Shown here: one piece after another, positions 23,389 through 33,891 of the stretch
Numbering within the stretch: the stretch's first letter is position 1
Layout of the letters: every line of letters begins with the position of its first letter
Assembly (NCBI GenBank): GCA_963808625.1
Contig: CAWEHK010000050.1
Location: forward strand, 111,493 to 175,492
DNA: 64,000 nucleotides
Direction of reading: 5' to 3'
Origin: an uncultured delta proteobacterium
GTDB lineage: Bacteria > Desulfobacterota > Syntrophobacteria > Syntrophobacterales > Syntrophobacteraceae
Position numbers and translations under genes: made by a program
The notes under the pieces: model-generated
Database searches by the model: none
What the model was told of the DNA's origin: nothing
Seen by the model: only the letters and a program-made list of their open reading frames with translations

Positions 23389-24298
23389 TTCAGTTTGGCG
23401 AGAGTCTTTATCCGGTTTCTTCCCTTCGCCATGAATTTCCAGAGAAGTCTCAAGGGCCTGGTCACTCTCCAGCTCAGAGAACGATACACTGCTTCCAGTT
23501 CACGTCTGCTCGAGGAGTTCGGCATCACGAAACGCCACCAGAGCGTGAGCTCTCTCGGCATCTTGCGTGATTCGCTGAGCATATTTTTCAAGCAGAGCGC
23601 GTGCGGGGCCTTCACCGCCATGCCCAAGGATGAAGGAGACCGCCTCCACACTGGAAAGGTACTCATATTCCGTGTTTTTGCCTTCATGTGGCGAAGGCTA
23701 TGAGAGAGCATCGTACCGGTCGTCACAAAGTTAAAGCGCCGGGCGATCTTAATCCAGAGATCGACATCCATGGCATATTCAGCTTTTCATCCAGGGGGCC
23801 ACACGCTTCCCACACGTCCTTCCTGAAAAAGCATGAGGGCTGCAAAAAGAATTCATCAAACCAATTATAGATCGACTCCAGACTGATACTGGCTCTTGTT
23901 GCTTCGAAAAGGACTTTCCCCTCCACATCGACCATGTCCCCTGCCCCAACAATTGCTCCGGCAGCAGGATTGGCGCGATACATTTCAGCAACCACATGCA
24001 ATGCTCCCGGAGCATAGCAATCATCCGAATTCAACCAAGCCAGGAGATCTCCTGTCACATGATCGAACCCCTTGTTGATGGCATGGCTTTGACCACGATC
24101 CGGCTCGCTTATCCAGTACTTCAGATACTTTTCGTATCTTCTTATGATCTCGACGCTGTTGTCCGAACTTCCGCCATCGATGATCACATACTCGAGGTCG
24201 GGATAGCCTTGATCGAGCACTGACAGAATGGTCTTCTCCAGGAATTGCCCCTGATTGTATGAAGGAGTCACGATTGATATCCTGGGCAAATGGCTCAT
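23385..24298 (-). CDS. GT2 glycosyltransferase (WcaE-like) with C-terminal amphipathic tail; frameshifted
   Basis: ISIVTPSYNQG, IIDGGSSD, SEPDRGQSHAINKG, WLNSDD, QPSCFFR, MDVDLW; tail SLSWRVTRPLR. Confidence 0.88.
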
Positions 24299-24325
24299 TG
24301 TTTGTTCTCTCCTCTCGCATCCTTT

Positions 24326-25530
24326 TCAGCCGGCGTCAAGAGCCTCCAGAATAGTAAGGGCACGAGCGTCCCAGGTATTTTCCCGCGCCACCTGGTCGAT
24401 GGCGGCAAGGTAAGCCGGTCTTTGGCAAGAGCAAGCGCCTCATCCAGTCGAGCCGAGAACTCGGCGACATTCCTCCCCACCAGCACTGCTCGATAACGAT
24501 GCTTTCTTGCATAGGGGTGATCACAACGGGCTTCCCCCTCGCCATGTATTCAAAGAGTTTCAGGGGAGAAGTCGCGTGCGTGATCGGGTTCAGGCGGAAG
24601 GGGATCATGGCTGCATCAAAATATCGCAGGAATTGAGGCAAATCAGAGTATGGGCGGGGGCCAAGCCAGGTGACGTTTGGCAGTCGATACAAACCGCTTC
24701 CCACCAGGGTATGGTCATAGTCCGGTCCGATGAGCACAAAAGCTAAATCCTGCCGCTGAGCGGCGACAGCTCCCACGAGATCATAATCAAACCACCGGGC
24801 GAGGGCTCCGCAGTAGCCGATGATCGGCTTCCCCACGGCAAGGACAGGAGCCATTGCCTGTGGTGGCAGGCCGGCTTTGCGATCTCTGGCCCGTGCAAAG
24901 TGCTCGTAATCCACCCCATTGGGACACCATTTACAGTCCGGACGCGCCGTGAGGGCATCCCGGTACAAGCGGTCCGCAGTGGCCATGGGAAGAAAGGCTG
25001 TGGCCAGGAGTTCCCGATGGTCCCTGCGCGATCATCTTCGGATCTCCCGGAAAACGGTCAGATCATCGATGTAATCGTAGATGAGCCGAGGCCGATTGAA
25101 GCCGTCGAGGTGTCTTCGGTTCCAGCAAAGTATGTAGACAAGGGGGGCGACAACCATCTTGAAGGCATCCGGGGGCAAAGCGCAAAGATAAAGTCGGTCC
25201 CTCAGTCGGAGAACGCTATAAGACCGGTAAAATTCCGGTTCCAGATAAAATACCAGCACCCCTCTGCAGGCCAGGGCGAGAGCCAGTTGCTGCGGTCGCT
25301 GGAAGAGTTCGAAATTCCATTTCAAGCTTGGAGCGAACACCAAAACATGCTTCAGATCATGGTGCCGGTGAAGGATCTTTCGTATTTCCTCCCTGCGCGC
25401 GGCAAGCTCATGGCGCTGCAGGACGCGTTTCACTCCTGCGGCAACGCGCTTGTGAATTGCCGGACCGTCCATGGGAAAACACTTTGCAGCAGATGCTCAA
25501 GCGAGCTTTCTGGATGGGACTAAACATCTT
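24326..25530 (-). CDS. TuaH-like GT4 glycosyltransferase, paralog of 11924-13151; frameshifted
   Basis: HVLVFAPSLKWNFELFQRPQQLAL, YDYIDD, CPNGVDY, GALARWFDYDLV, SPLKLFEYMA, RENTWDAR. Confidence 0.82.
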
Positions 25531-25626
25531 GTTTCTGCTCAACCCGACTTACGCGGATCTGGCAAAGAAGATCGGGACATCATCAAAGGAGGTCGGGACG
25601 ATCTCGCGAGCGAGGAGCACCTGAGC

Positions 25627-26743
25627 CTACCGCGCCGTCTCAAAGATCGCCTCCACAATCCGCTCGGCAGCGTGTCCATCCCCATAAGGGTTGGCCGCCT
25701 GAGCCATCAGCCGGTAAGCCTCCGGATCATCCAGGAGGCGGCGGGTTGCCTCCACAATGGTTGCCGTCCTGGTTCCAACCAGGCTGCGAGGTGCCGGCGG
25801 CAACCGCTTCGGGTCGTTCGGTCTTTTCCCGCATGACCAGGACCGGGACGCCAAAACCGGGGGCCTCTTCCTGAATCCCTCCCGAGTCCGTCAGGATCAA
25901 TGCCGAGGCCTTCATGAGATGGACAAAAGGCAGGTAATCCATGGGCGGAAGGAGACTGACGTTGGGCAGACCCCCCAAAATCTCGCGCACCGGTTGCTGA
26001 ACATTAGGATTGAGATGCACGGGATAGACGATGTGCACGCTTTCCCGATAGGCTGACGCGATCTCTCGCAACGCCAGGCAAAGCTGCTGGAACGGCAGGC
26101 CAAAGCTTTCGCGACGATGGGCGGTGACCAGGATCAGCCGCCGGTTTCGGGGGACGGTGGCGAGGGGACCGGATGACCACTCGTAGGGCCGCCTGGCAAT
26201 ATCCAGTAAAGCGTCAATGACGGTATTGCCGGTTACGCGAATGAATTTATCCGAGACCCCTTCCGCCAGCAAATTTGCCCGGTTGGTTTCAGTCGGGGCG
26301 AAGTAGAGGTCTGCCATGACATCGGTTACCCTGCGATTGACCTCTTCCGGAAACGGCTGATATTTGTGCCCGGTGCGCAGCCCCGCTTCGACGTGGCCGA
26401 TCTTGATCTGCCGATAATACGCGGCAAGACTGGCAGCCATGACGGTGGTGGTGTCACCCTGCACCAGGACCCAGTCGGGCTGCTCGCGCTGCAGCACCGG
26501 TCCGAGGGCCAGCAGGAGCCGCGCGGTCAGTTCCGTCAGCCCCTGGTTGGCATGCATGATGCCAAGGTCGTAATCCGGCGCAATGTCAAAGAGCTGCAGC
26601 ACCTGGTCCAACATCTCCCGGTGCTGGGCGGTGACGCACACCCGGGGTGCGATCCGGTCCGGGTGCCTGCGCAGCTCTTTGATCACCGGGGCCATCTTAA
26701 TGGCCTCGGGACGCGTCCCAAAAACACTCAATATTTTCAACAT
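25627..26743 (-). CDS. wecB: UDP-N-acetylglucosamine 2-epimerase (non-hydrolysing); frameshift near 25790
   Basis: [58 protein letters not shown]. Confidence 0.95.
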
Positions 26744-26976
26744 AAACCGCTCATCTTCTCTGGAACTGCTCATCGCCAACAGACAAAACCTCATCGGCGC
26801 AGGAGGATCTATGCTTGCTTTCAGCTCCTTTACAGTGGCCCGAGCTTCTTGGCAATACCTTTCTGGGTTTACCTGGGTTTTCATCGAGCGCTGCCGTCTC
26901 ATCGCTTATCCATGACAGAGCATGGCGAGTTCTCTTCTTACCTGCTGAAGAGGGCGAGCGTAAATGTTCTGCGAGC

Positions 26977-28877
26977 CTGGAACTCCGATATAAGGATACA
27001 AATAAATAACGTAGGATAACAACTATATAGAATTAAACACTGTGAATCATTAATAAAAACAGCTCTGGATATTTCTCTTGCATTCGCTTCACAATAGGGT
27101 GGATTGGCCTATAGCCTGCTTGACCTGTTTCCTTTCGGCTTGGTGTTTGGGCATGACCACTCGAGAGCAAATGCAGCAGACGGTATTGAAGCGGCTCTTC
27201 TGGCACACCGCAGAGCGAGATGATGCCAAGGTCGCGAACCACCTTTTCTGTCAAAGGGAGATGGACTCGGTCTTCACCCTTGATGAAGCCACACTCTTCG
27301 ATTTCTTCTTTCAGTATTTGAGAGAGATTAAGGTCTTCCCCCTTCTTGAGACTATTACCCCCAAAGACCAAGAACGACAGCATGTTCCTTTCATTCAATT
27401 CATCATAGTCTTTCTCATGAAAGTCATTGGCTCCATTCCCAAGATGGAGCCCGTACACGATCTGCTCCTTACCGATGGACTCCTCATGGGCCTTTGTGGC
27501 TTTAACGCTTATCAAGTCAGAAATGGTAGTTGCGCAAGGGGCGTTAAACTTCGGACCACGCCGGTGCCTGAAGTGAGGGGAGCCATTTGTATCGACACCT
27601 TGGCCAGACAGATGGTTAAAATCACTCCGAGGACCATAGAGAACCTCTTCAATCGCTGCATTCAACAGTTGGCTGGGTTGAACCTCTTTCCCAAGTACAT
27701 CCATGCAGCTTGCGATGCCACCGACTTTGAGACCACCAAGCAGTTCAAGGGTTGCGGCGCGGTAACGCGCAAACGCAAAGTGGAGGCGCGCGGCTACCGG
27801 AAAAATGGTGAGCTCAAAACCGTGAAGGTAACCATTTATGGTTGGAAGGTCTGGGCCATTTACGAACTCAATACCGGCATTCCCTTGGCAATTAAAATTG
27901 ACACCATTGAAAAGCCCGACAATCTGCATGTTCTTGCCGTTTTGAAACAGGCCACGGAAAATGTCGGACCCCGGAGCACAATCCGTTCCTTCGTTGTCGA
28001 TCTGGGGTTCCTTGATGGCAAAGTGCTCTTTGCCATCGATCAACAGGGTATCGAATTCGTCATCCCACTCAAAAAGAACATGGATGCCGCTATTGATGCC
28101 CGCCAACTTGCCCTGGAAGCGGTTGACTCCCACCATGCTGCCAGAGAAATGGAAATCACTCACGGTTATGGCAAAGCAAAATACACCGAAAAAATTCGCA
28201 CGGAGCTCATTGGCGTACCTGCTCTCTTAACCTGTGACTGGTTTAAATCCGAGGGGTCCAAAACCAACACCACCAAAAAAGACTACCAACCCATCCCGCT
28301 CAACGCCGTGGTCGTCAAGACCTGGGATAATAAAACCCCGCCGTTGGATAAGCAGATCGTATTGGTAACCAACGGTCAGGTCAAGGATCCTTTTGTTGCC
28401 TTTGATCGCTACGATGATCGCAGCCTCATCGAAAACAATCTGTTTCGAGACACCAAACAAAACTGGTGCCTCGAACATCCTCCCAGAAAGACCAGGGAAG
28501 GCGTATGGGTGCAGGTCTATGTAGTCATGGCCATGAAAGCGCTGACTACCGCCTTTCTCATGTGGCAGCAAGAACAAGCGCGCCTTCACGAGGCCGGCGA
28601 GCAGACGACTTGGAATATGTATCGTCGAAAGCTCAAAACCCTTAACCGTAACAAACTCATCGTTTTTGTTGATTCCTGTTTCGGTATCTTTTTCTCCCAT
28701 GAAGTCTTCATGCTCGCAGGGATCCCTGTTCACGACACCGAAAAAGAACTCAAGCTCACCCGCGCTATAGTCTACACCCACTACACGGGCGTGGCCCCAC
28801 CAGACTCCTCCTGACGAGCTTTCCTCCTCGCCACTCTCCGGGGATACTCTGCACAATTCCTTATATCGGAGTTTCAG
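26977..28877 (+). mobile_element. Insertion sequence, IS4-like DDE element, 1901 bp, apparently intact
   Basis: TIRs CTGGAACTCCGATATAAGGA (26977-26996) and TCCTTATATCGGAGTTTCAG (28858-28877) match 19/20; 7-bp direct repeat TGCGAGC at 26970-26976 and 28878-28884. Confidence 0.92.
27153..28814 (+). CDS. DDE transposase (IS4-like/DDE_Tnp_1)
   Basis: ACDATD, YGWK, VVDLGF, and YDDRSLIENNLFRDTK (YREK-like motif); lies between the TIRs; start could be 27078. Confidence 0.88.
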   Translation: MTTREQMQQTVLKRLFWHTAERDDAKVANHLFCQREMDSVFTLDEATLFDFFFQYLREIKVFPLLETITPKDQERQHVPFIQFIIVFLMKVIGSIPKMEPVHDLLLTDGLLMGLCGFNAYQVRNGSCARGVKLRTTPVPEVRGAICIDTLARQMVKITPRTIENLFNRCIQQLAGLNLFPKYIHAACDATDFETTKQFKGCGAVTRKRKVEARGYRKNGELKTVKVTIYGWKVWAIYELNTGIPLAIKIDTIEKPDNLHVLAVLKQATENVGPRSTIRSFVVDLGFLDGKVLFAIDQQGIEFVIPLKKNMDAAIDARQLALEAVDSHHAAREMEITHGYGKAKYTEKIRTELIGVPALLTCDWFKSEGSKTNTTKKDYQPIPLNAVVVKTWDNKTPPLDKQIVLVTNGQVKDPFVAFDRYDDRSLIENNLFRDTKQNWCLEHPPRKTREGVWVQVYVVMAMKALTTAFLMWQQEQARLHEAGEQTTWNMYRRKLKTLNRNKLIVFVDSCFGIFFSHEVFMLAGIPVHDTEKELKLTRAIVYTHYTGVAPPDSS

Positions 28878-28892
28878 TGCGAGCAAATATTC

Positions 28893-28921
28893 TTGACAAC
28901 GTAAACGACGGCCAGTATTCT
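28893..28921 (+). promoter_or_regulatory. Sigma70 promoter candidate for the SDR-wzm-wzt operon
   Basis: TTGACA 28893-28898, exact 17-bp spacer, TATTCT 28916-28921. Confidence 0.6.
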
Positions 28922-29042
28922 AAATGGCTTGAAAAGCGGTTTCTTATCGTCTTTTCTGTGGCGGCGGGGCGGGCGTTGCGCTCCCCTGGCCGAGGAGAAG
29001 AAGGTTTCCTTACTTTTGGACTTTTGACGCAGAGGCTTTCTC

Positions 29043-29723
29043 GTGAAGCTTATTACGGGCGCTTCGCGCGGGATCGGGAAGTATCTCTTCGAGCATTATT
29101 CGAGTTTGGGTGAGGATGTTTCCGGTACATGGAATACTTCGCCCGTTCTTGATGAACGGATCGCCAAGGTCGACGTTACCGATTATGCTCAAGTCGATCG
29201 CTGGGTGAACTCATTGCCGGCATCGCATATGCATGATCTGACACTCATCGCTTGCGCAGGGATTTCTTTTGCGGCAATGACTCATAAGTCCGACCCTCGC
29301 GAATGGGCGAAAGTGATCGAGACGAACCTTATTGGTGCGTTCCACGCAATCCGTTGTGTGCTCCCGATAATGCGGGAGCAGTCTTTCGGCAGGATCATCT
29401 GTTTTTCTTCCGTCGTCGCGGAACTTCCTGTCCCAGGGACGAGCGCATACGCTGCCTCAAAAGCGGCCCTGTGGGGATTGGTCAGGACAGTTGCCGCGGA
29501 GAATGCCTCAAGAAACGTTACCGCCAACTGCATAAACCTTGGCTATTCGTCAATCGGGATGGGCGAGGCGGTGCTAACCGATAAGATGCGGGAAGAGATG
29601 CTCTCTCGAATTCCTAGCGGTAGGTTCTGCGACCCGGACGAAATCCTCCGATCCGTTGAATTCCTCACGAACACTCCTTATGTAACCGGCTCTTGCCTTC
29701 AGCTCAATGGCGGCCTCATTTAA
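29043..29723 (+). CDS. SDR family oxidoreductase (FabG/acetoacetyl reductase-like)
   Basis: ITGASRGIG, SSV, YAASK, NGG C-terminus. Confidence 0.88.
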   Translation: MKLITGASRGIGKYLFEHYSSLGEDVSGTWNTSPVLDERIAKVDVTDYAQVDRWVNSLPASHMHDLTLIACAGISFAAMTHKSDPREWAKVIETNLIGAFHAIRCVLPIMREQSFGRIICFSSVVAELPVPGTSAYAASKAALWGLVRTVAAENASRNVTANCINLGYSSIGMGEAVLTDKMREEMLSRIPSGRFCDPDEILRSVEFLTNTPYVTGSCLQLNGGLI

Positions 29724-29755
29724 ACCTTTACCGTCAATCAATAGAGGGGGGCTTC

Positions 29756-30340
29756 ATGGATTCTTTTTACAGGCAAGAAGAACTGAACGATCTAGGTTTC
29801 AAGAGCATTGGAAAAAATGTAAAGCTTTCCAAAAAAGCAGTGGTATACAACGCAGATAAAATCGAGATCGGCAACCATGTCCGAATTGATGATTTTTGTA
29901 TCTTGTCGGGACGAATCATTTTCGGTGATTTTATCCATATAGGCGTATGTACTCGGCTCTCCGGCAGTATCGCCGGCCTGACTTTGAAAGATTTCTCCGG
30001 TGTTTCTTATAATTCAACGATAATCGCGAGCGGGGACGACTACAGCGGAGAAGTACTGACAAATCCGACGATCCCCTGGAAGTTTAGAAAGATACTCCCT
30101 AATCCGGTTGTTCTCGAGAAGCACGCCCTCGTCGCTACGCATTGCGTCGTTCTCCCGGGGGTGACCATCGGCGAGGGGGCCGCTATCGGAGCAATGAGCC
30201 TCGTCATGCGGGACGTGGAGCCATGGTCCATTTATTTCGGTATCCCGGCCAAGAAGGTGAGAGAGAGAAAGCGACGCATTCTGGAGCTGGAGCAGCAGCT
30301 ATATCGCGAATTGGCCGAGGGTACCGTCGAGATCCCTTGA
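29756..30340 (+). CDS. Hexapeptide-repeat acyltransferase (VioB/galactoside O-acetyltransferase-like)
   Basis: FYRQEEL..LGFKSIG, IDDFCILSG, DDYSG, VLPGVTIGEGAAIGAMSLV, GIPAK; SD GAGGGG before ATG 29756. Confidence 0.88.
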   Translation: MDSFYRQEELNDLGFKSIGKNVKLSKKAVVYNADKIEIGNHVRIDDFCILSGRIIFGDFIHIGVCTRLSGSIAGLTLKDFSGVSYNSTIIASGDDYSGEVLTNPTIPWKFRKILPNPVVLEKHALVATHCVVLPGVTIGEGAAIGAMSLVMRDVEPWSIYFGIPAKKVRERKRRILELEQQLYRELAEGTVEIP

Positions 30341-30443
30341 TTTCTCGCCGGGGTGATCTGTCCGAACGTCATCGATCACATCCTGACAACCCAAACGTAG
30401 AAGCTCCTGGCCGGTTCTTAACCAACGAAGCAGTATTACCTGA

Positions 30444-31234
30444 ATGAATAATGCGTTGGGGCGCAACGCCCTGGAAGTAATTCAGTACCGTTCGGTACTT
30501 GGACAATTGGTGCATCAGTACCTCACCCTTCGCTACCGGCGAACAGCGTTGGGTTATTTATGGACGTTGATCAACCCACTGTTGATGATGTCCATAACGG
30601 CAGTGGTGTTTGCAACCCTGTTCAATCTGGATCTAGCCACTTATTCGGTCTTTTTGTTTGCCGGAATGGTGCCGTGGAACTGCTTCCAGCAGCTACCGTA
30701 ACGCAGTCTTGCTCAGCCTTCCTCCTCAATGAGGGCTTGATCAAGAAGATTTACCTGCCCAAGCTTATTTTCCCGCTCAGCTTGTCATTAGGAATCTTGA
30801 TCGACAGTGCCCTGGCTTTCGTCGCCTTGTTTTTGCTGATTCTCTTGTTCGGCGCGCCGATTTCCTGGGCATTGTTGTTTATCCCGGTCGCGTATAGCCT
30901 GCTCTTCCTTTTTTCTTTCGGGATTGGGCTGGTGGTCTCGGTGGCTACGGTATTCTTTCGCGACTTGCAATATGTTATCGGGGTATTGATGCAGGCATGG
31001 TTTTTCCTGACCCCCGTCATGTACCGACACGAAGCACTGACCGGCAAGGTGGCCTGGCTTGTCGCGCTGAACCCCATGGTCCCGTTTATTGAGTTGTTCC
31101 GGGCGCCGTTGAGCATGGGCCATTTGCCTTCGATGACGGCCATAACCTATGCTGCGGTTTTCGCCACGTGTTCGATGGTGGTAGGATTCTGCGTCTTCCT
31201 GGCTCAGGAAAATAAAGTCGTCTTCAGGTTGTGA
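30444..31234 (+). CDS. wzm: ABC transporter permease Wzm/RfbA; frameshift near 30690
   Basis: LRYRRTALGYLWTLINPL, LIKKIYLP, FRDL, FFLTPVMY, LNPM. Confidence 0.9.
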
Positions 31235-31241
31235 GAGGCGA

Positions 31242-31991
31242 ATGTCAAGAATCTCTGTTGAAAACCTATCGATAAAGTTTCGCCTCTACCATGATCGTTC
31301 TCCGTCACTGAAGGAGTACGTGTCCACTATTTTTCGTAAGCGTAAGCCATCCTCGTTTTCTGATTTCTATGCGGTCAAGGGGGTGTCTTTCACCGTTCAG
31401 GCTGGGGAGCGATTGGGTATCATCGGCCATAACGGTGCCGGCAAAAGCACGCTCTTGAAGGCCCTGTGCCGGATTTATGAGCCCAGCAGCGGCGCTATCC
31501 ACGTGGAAGGGCGGGTTGCACCGCTGCTCGAGATCGGCGCCGGTTTTCACCCGGAATTTTCGGGTCGCGAGAACATCTATTTGAACGGCGCCATCCTGGG
31601 TTACAGCAAGGCTCAATTGGCCGCTATCGAGCACGAAGTGATTGCGTTTGCGGGCCTCGAAGAATTCATCGATACACCGGTCAAGTACTATTCTACAGGC
31701 ATGTACCTGCGCCTCGCGTTTTCGTTGGCCACCTCCGTGGATCCTGACATTCTGGTTCTCGATGAACTGTTTGCCGGGGGAGACGTGAACTTTGTGCAGA
31801 AAGCCACCGCCCGGATGCACAAAATGATCGAGTCGGCAAGCATTCTCATCGTGGTCTCTCACGATACCAACCTGATCGGGTCCATGTGCACCCGTGTGGT
31901 CTGCATGGACCACGGTCGGATCAAAGAGGATGGCCCCGCCGATGTGGTTCTGGCGAATTACCTGGCATCCGGTTCTACATCAGGAGAGTGA
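31242..31991 (+). CDS. wzt: ABC transporter ATP-binding protein Wzt/RfbB (short form, no C-terminal carbohydrate-binding domain)
   Basis: GHNGAGKST Walker A, YSTGM signature, ILVLDE Walker B; 249 aa. Confidence 0.93.
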   Translation: MSRISVENLSIKFRLYHDRSPSLKEYVSTIFRKRKPSSFSDFYAVKGVSFTVQAGERLGIIGHNGAGKSTLLKALCRIYEPSSGAIHVEGRVAPLLEIGAGFHPEFSGRENIYLNGAILGYSKAQLAAIEHEVIAFAGLEEFIDTPVKYYSTGMYLRLAFSLATSVDPDILVLDELFAGGDVNFVQKATARMHKMIESASILIVVSHDTNLIGSMCTRVVCMDHGRIKEDGPADVVLANYLASGSTSGE

Positions 31992-33358
31992 GACCCGTGT
32001 TCGAAGAAAGGTTCCCCAGACTGGCCGAGTTTTATCGTTCCCGATTGCGCAGATACCCGCTGATTCGCATCCCGAAAGAAGCCATCTGGTCGGCGGTGTG
32101 GTATACTCGGTGGAAAATCGTGCGGCCGGTGGTGCAGGCGATCATTCCAAGGACGGTTCAGCGATATCTCCACATAATTAGGAGTGGGGGCGTTCGCACC
32201 CTCTGGAGACGCTGGCGCGAACCGAGCGTGCCGTTGCTTTCACTGACTGCGGCGGCGACTTCACAAGCGGGCAGGATCGAGGTGCTGAGTGCGCCCGAGC
32301 GGGTGCCTACGCCCCCACCGGGCGTATATCCTGCAGCATCGGGACCGATTCTGCCGCCGGCAGCCGATGCCTACGAGTTCCCCTCGATCGTCGTTGCGGA
32401 ATTGTTTGATGCCGAAGTCTCCGGCATCAGCAACTTCGTGCGATCGAATGGCGTGACGGTTCACCACGACCTGTACCGGTTTTCGCACGATTTCACATCT
32501 GAAGAGCTGCACGGAAAGATTCGCATATATCCCCAGGAATACCTTGTTAAACATTACATTAAACCGGAGATACGGCACCATCTCCCGGTTGCTGCCGCCT
32601 TCACCGATGCGTGTGCACCGAACTACGCCCATTGGCTGACCGAGGTGCTGCCCCGCATCAACCTGTTCTGTCGCACCAACCCCGACGTCACCATCCCTTT
32701 GATTGTGGATGCGGGGTTGCATCCAAACCTGGAGGAATCACTTCGTGCCGTGGCGGGCGATGAGGCTGAAATTATCAGGTTGGGCCCGGACGATGCGGCC
32801 CTCGTGAAGCGCTTGATTGTCACTTCGCCGGCAGGCTATATTCCGTTCGATCGCCGCGGGTCTGCACAGTCCGGCCATTCACACGGCATTTTCAGTCCTT
32901 ATGCCCTTGCCCTGATGGGCAAACATTTGGGCAGCGTTCTGGAACGGCCGGTGACAGCTCTACCCACCAGGTTTTTTTTGCAGCGCAATTCACCCATACG
33001 GACGATGAGAAATGAGCAGCAACTCGCGGAAAAGCTCGTGAGTCGAGGATTTTCGGTGATCCAGCCGGAGTGCCTGTCTTTTGCCGAGCAATACCACCTG
33101 TTCGCCAATGCTGAAGTGATCGTGGGCGCAACCGGCGCAGGGCTGGCAAACCTCGTGTTCTGTCCGCAATCGGCCCGATTGATCATATGCTTCTCGATCC
33201 ATCCTCGCCATAGCTATGGTTACTGGCAGAACATGGCCGCAGCTTTGGGCAACAAGGTGAACTATGTGTTTGGGACTACGGTTGGTCCCGGGGCGCATGG
33301 TCTTCACGCCGATTTTCGCGTCGATGTGGACGCTGTGGTGCGTGCTCTTGAACAGTAG
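31988..33358 (+). CDS. GT61/DUF563-like glycosyltransferase (capsular polysaccharide biosynthesis protein)
   Basis: NYAHWLTEVLPR, NEQQL, PECLSFAEQYHLFANAEVIVGATGAGLANLVFC; GTG overlaps the wzt stop. Confidence 0.82.
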   Translation: MRPVFEERFPRLAEFYRSRLRRYPLIRIPKEAIWSAVWYTRWKIVRPVVQAIIPRTVQRYLHIIRSGGVRTLWRRWREPSVPLLSLTAAATSQAGRIEVLSAPERVPTPPPGVYPAASGPILPPAADAYEFPSIVVAELFDAEVSGISNFVRSNGVTVHHDLYRFSHDFTSEELHGKIRIYPQEYLVKHYIKPEIRHHLPVAAAFTDACAPNYAHWLTEVLPRINLFCRTNPDVTIPLIVDAGLHPNLEESLRAVAGDEAEIIRLGPDDAALVKRLIVTSPAGYIPFDRRGSAQSGHSHGIFSPYALALMGKHLGSVLERPVTALPTRFFLQRNSPIRTMRNEQQLAEKLVSRGFSVIQPECLSFAEQYHLFANAEVIVGATGAGLANLVFCPQSARLIICFSIHPRHSYGYWQNMAAALGNKVNYVFGTTVGPGAHGLHADFRVDVDAVVRALEQ

Positions 33359-33469
33359 ATCCTCTATGCTGCACCGCTGCCTCTATCTGCCGAGCGCGGT
33401 GAGATAGCCAACCCGGCAATTCTCCGAAGGCGCTCGCCTGACATGGTATTTTTGAAGGACAAAGGTAAG

Positions 33470-33883
33470 ATGTCTGTCGCTGACTGTCATTTGATCGATC
33501 TGCCCAGAATTCAGGACCCGCGCGGAAACCTGACGTTCATCGAGGGCTCTCGTCACGTCCCCTTTGATATCCGGCGGGTGTATTACCTGTACGATGTTCC
33601 CGGTGGTGCCGAGCGGGGAGGACACGGACACCGGGCCCTGCAGCAAGTGATCATCGCCATGTCCGGGGCGTTTGATGTCCATATTGATGACGGCTACGAC
33701 AAAAAGGTCTTTCAATTGAACCGCAGCTATTTCGGGCTCTATATCTGTCCGATGATGTGGCGGAATATCACCAACTTCTCCTCGGGCGCCGTATGCCTGG
33801 TGCTTGCTTCCGATCTTTACGCGGAAAGCGACTACTTTCGCGATTACGAGGAATTTCTCTTGGCAGCAAAGAAAACAGGATGA
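33470..33883 (+). CDS. FdtA/QdtA/WxcM-like cupin sugar 3,4-ketoisomerase
   Basis: DPRGNLTFIE, VPFDIRRVYYLYDVP, RGGHGH, CLVLAS..Y.E.DY.RDY. Confidence 0.9.
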   Translation: MSVADCHLIDLPRIQDPRGNLTFIEGSRHVPFDIRRVYYLYDVPGGAERGGHGHRALQQVIIAMSGAFDVHIDDGYDKKVFQLNRSYFGLYICPMMWRNITNFSSGAVCLVLASDLYAESDYFRDYEEFLLAAKKTG

Positions 33884-33891
33884 ATTGACTC

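Noticed and set aside
27033..28163. 376-aa antisense ORF within the transposase
   Set aside because: Shadow frame of a well-supported DDE transposase; no recognisable motifs
28921..29042. JUMPstart/ops antitermination element in the leader of the wzm/wzt operon
   Set aside because: No GGCGGTAG ops core found; only a generic GC-rich possible hairpin
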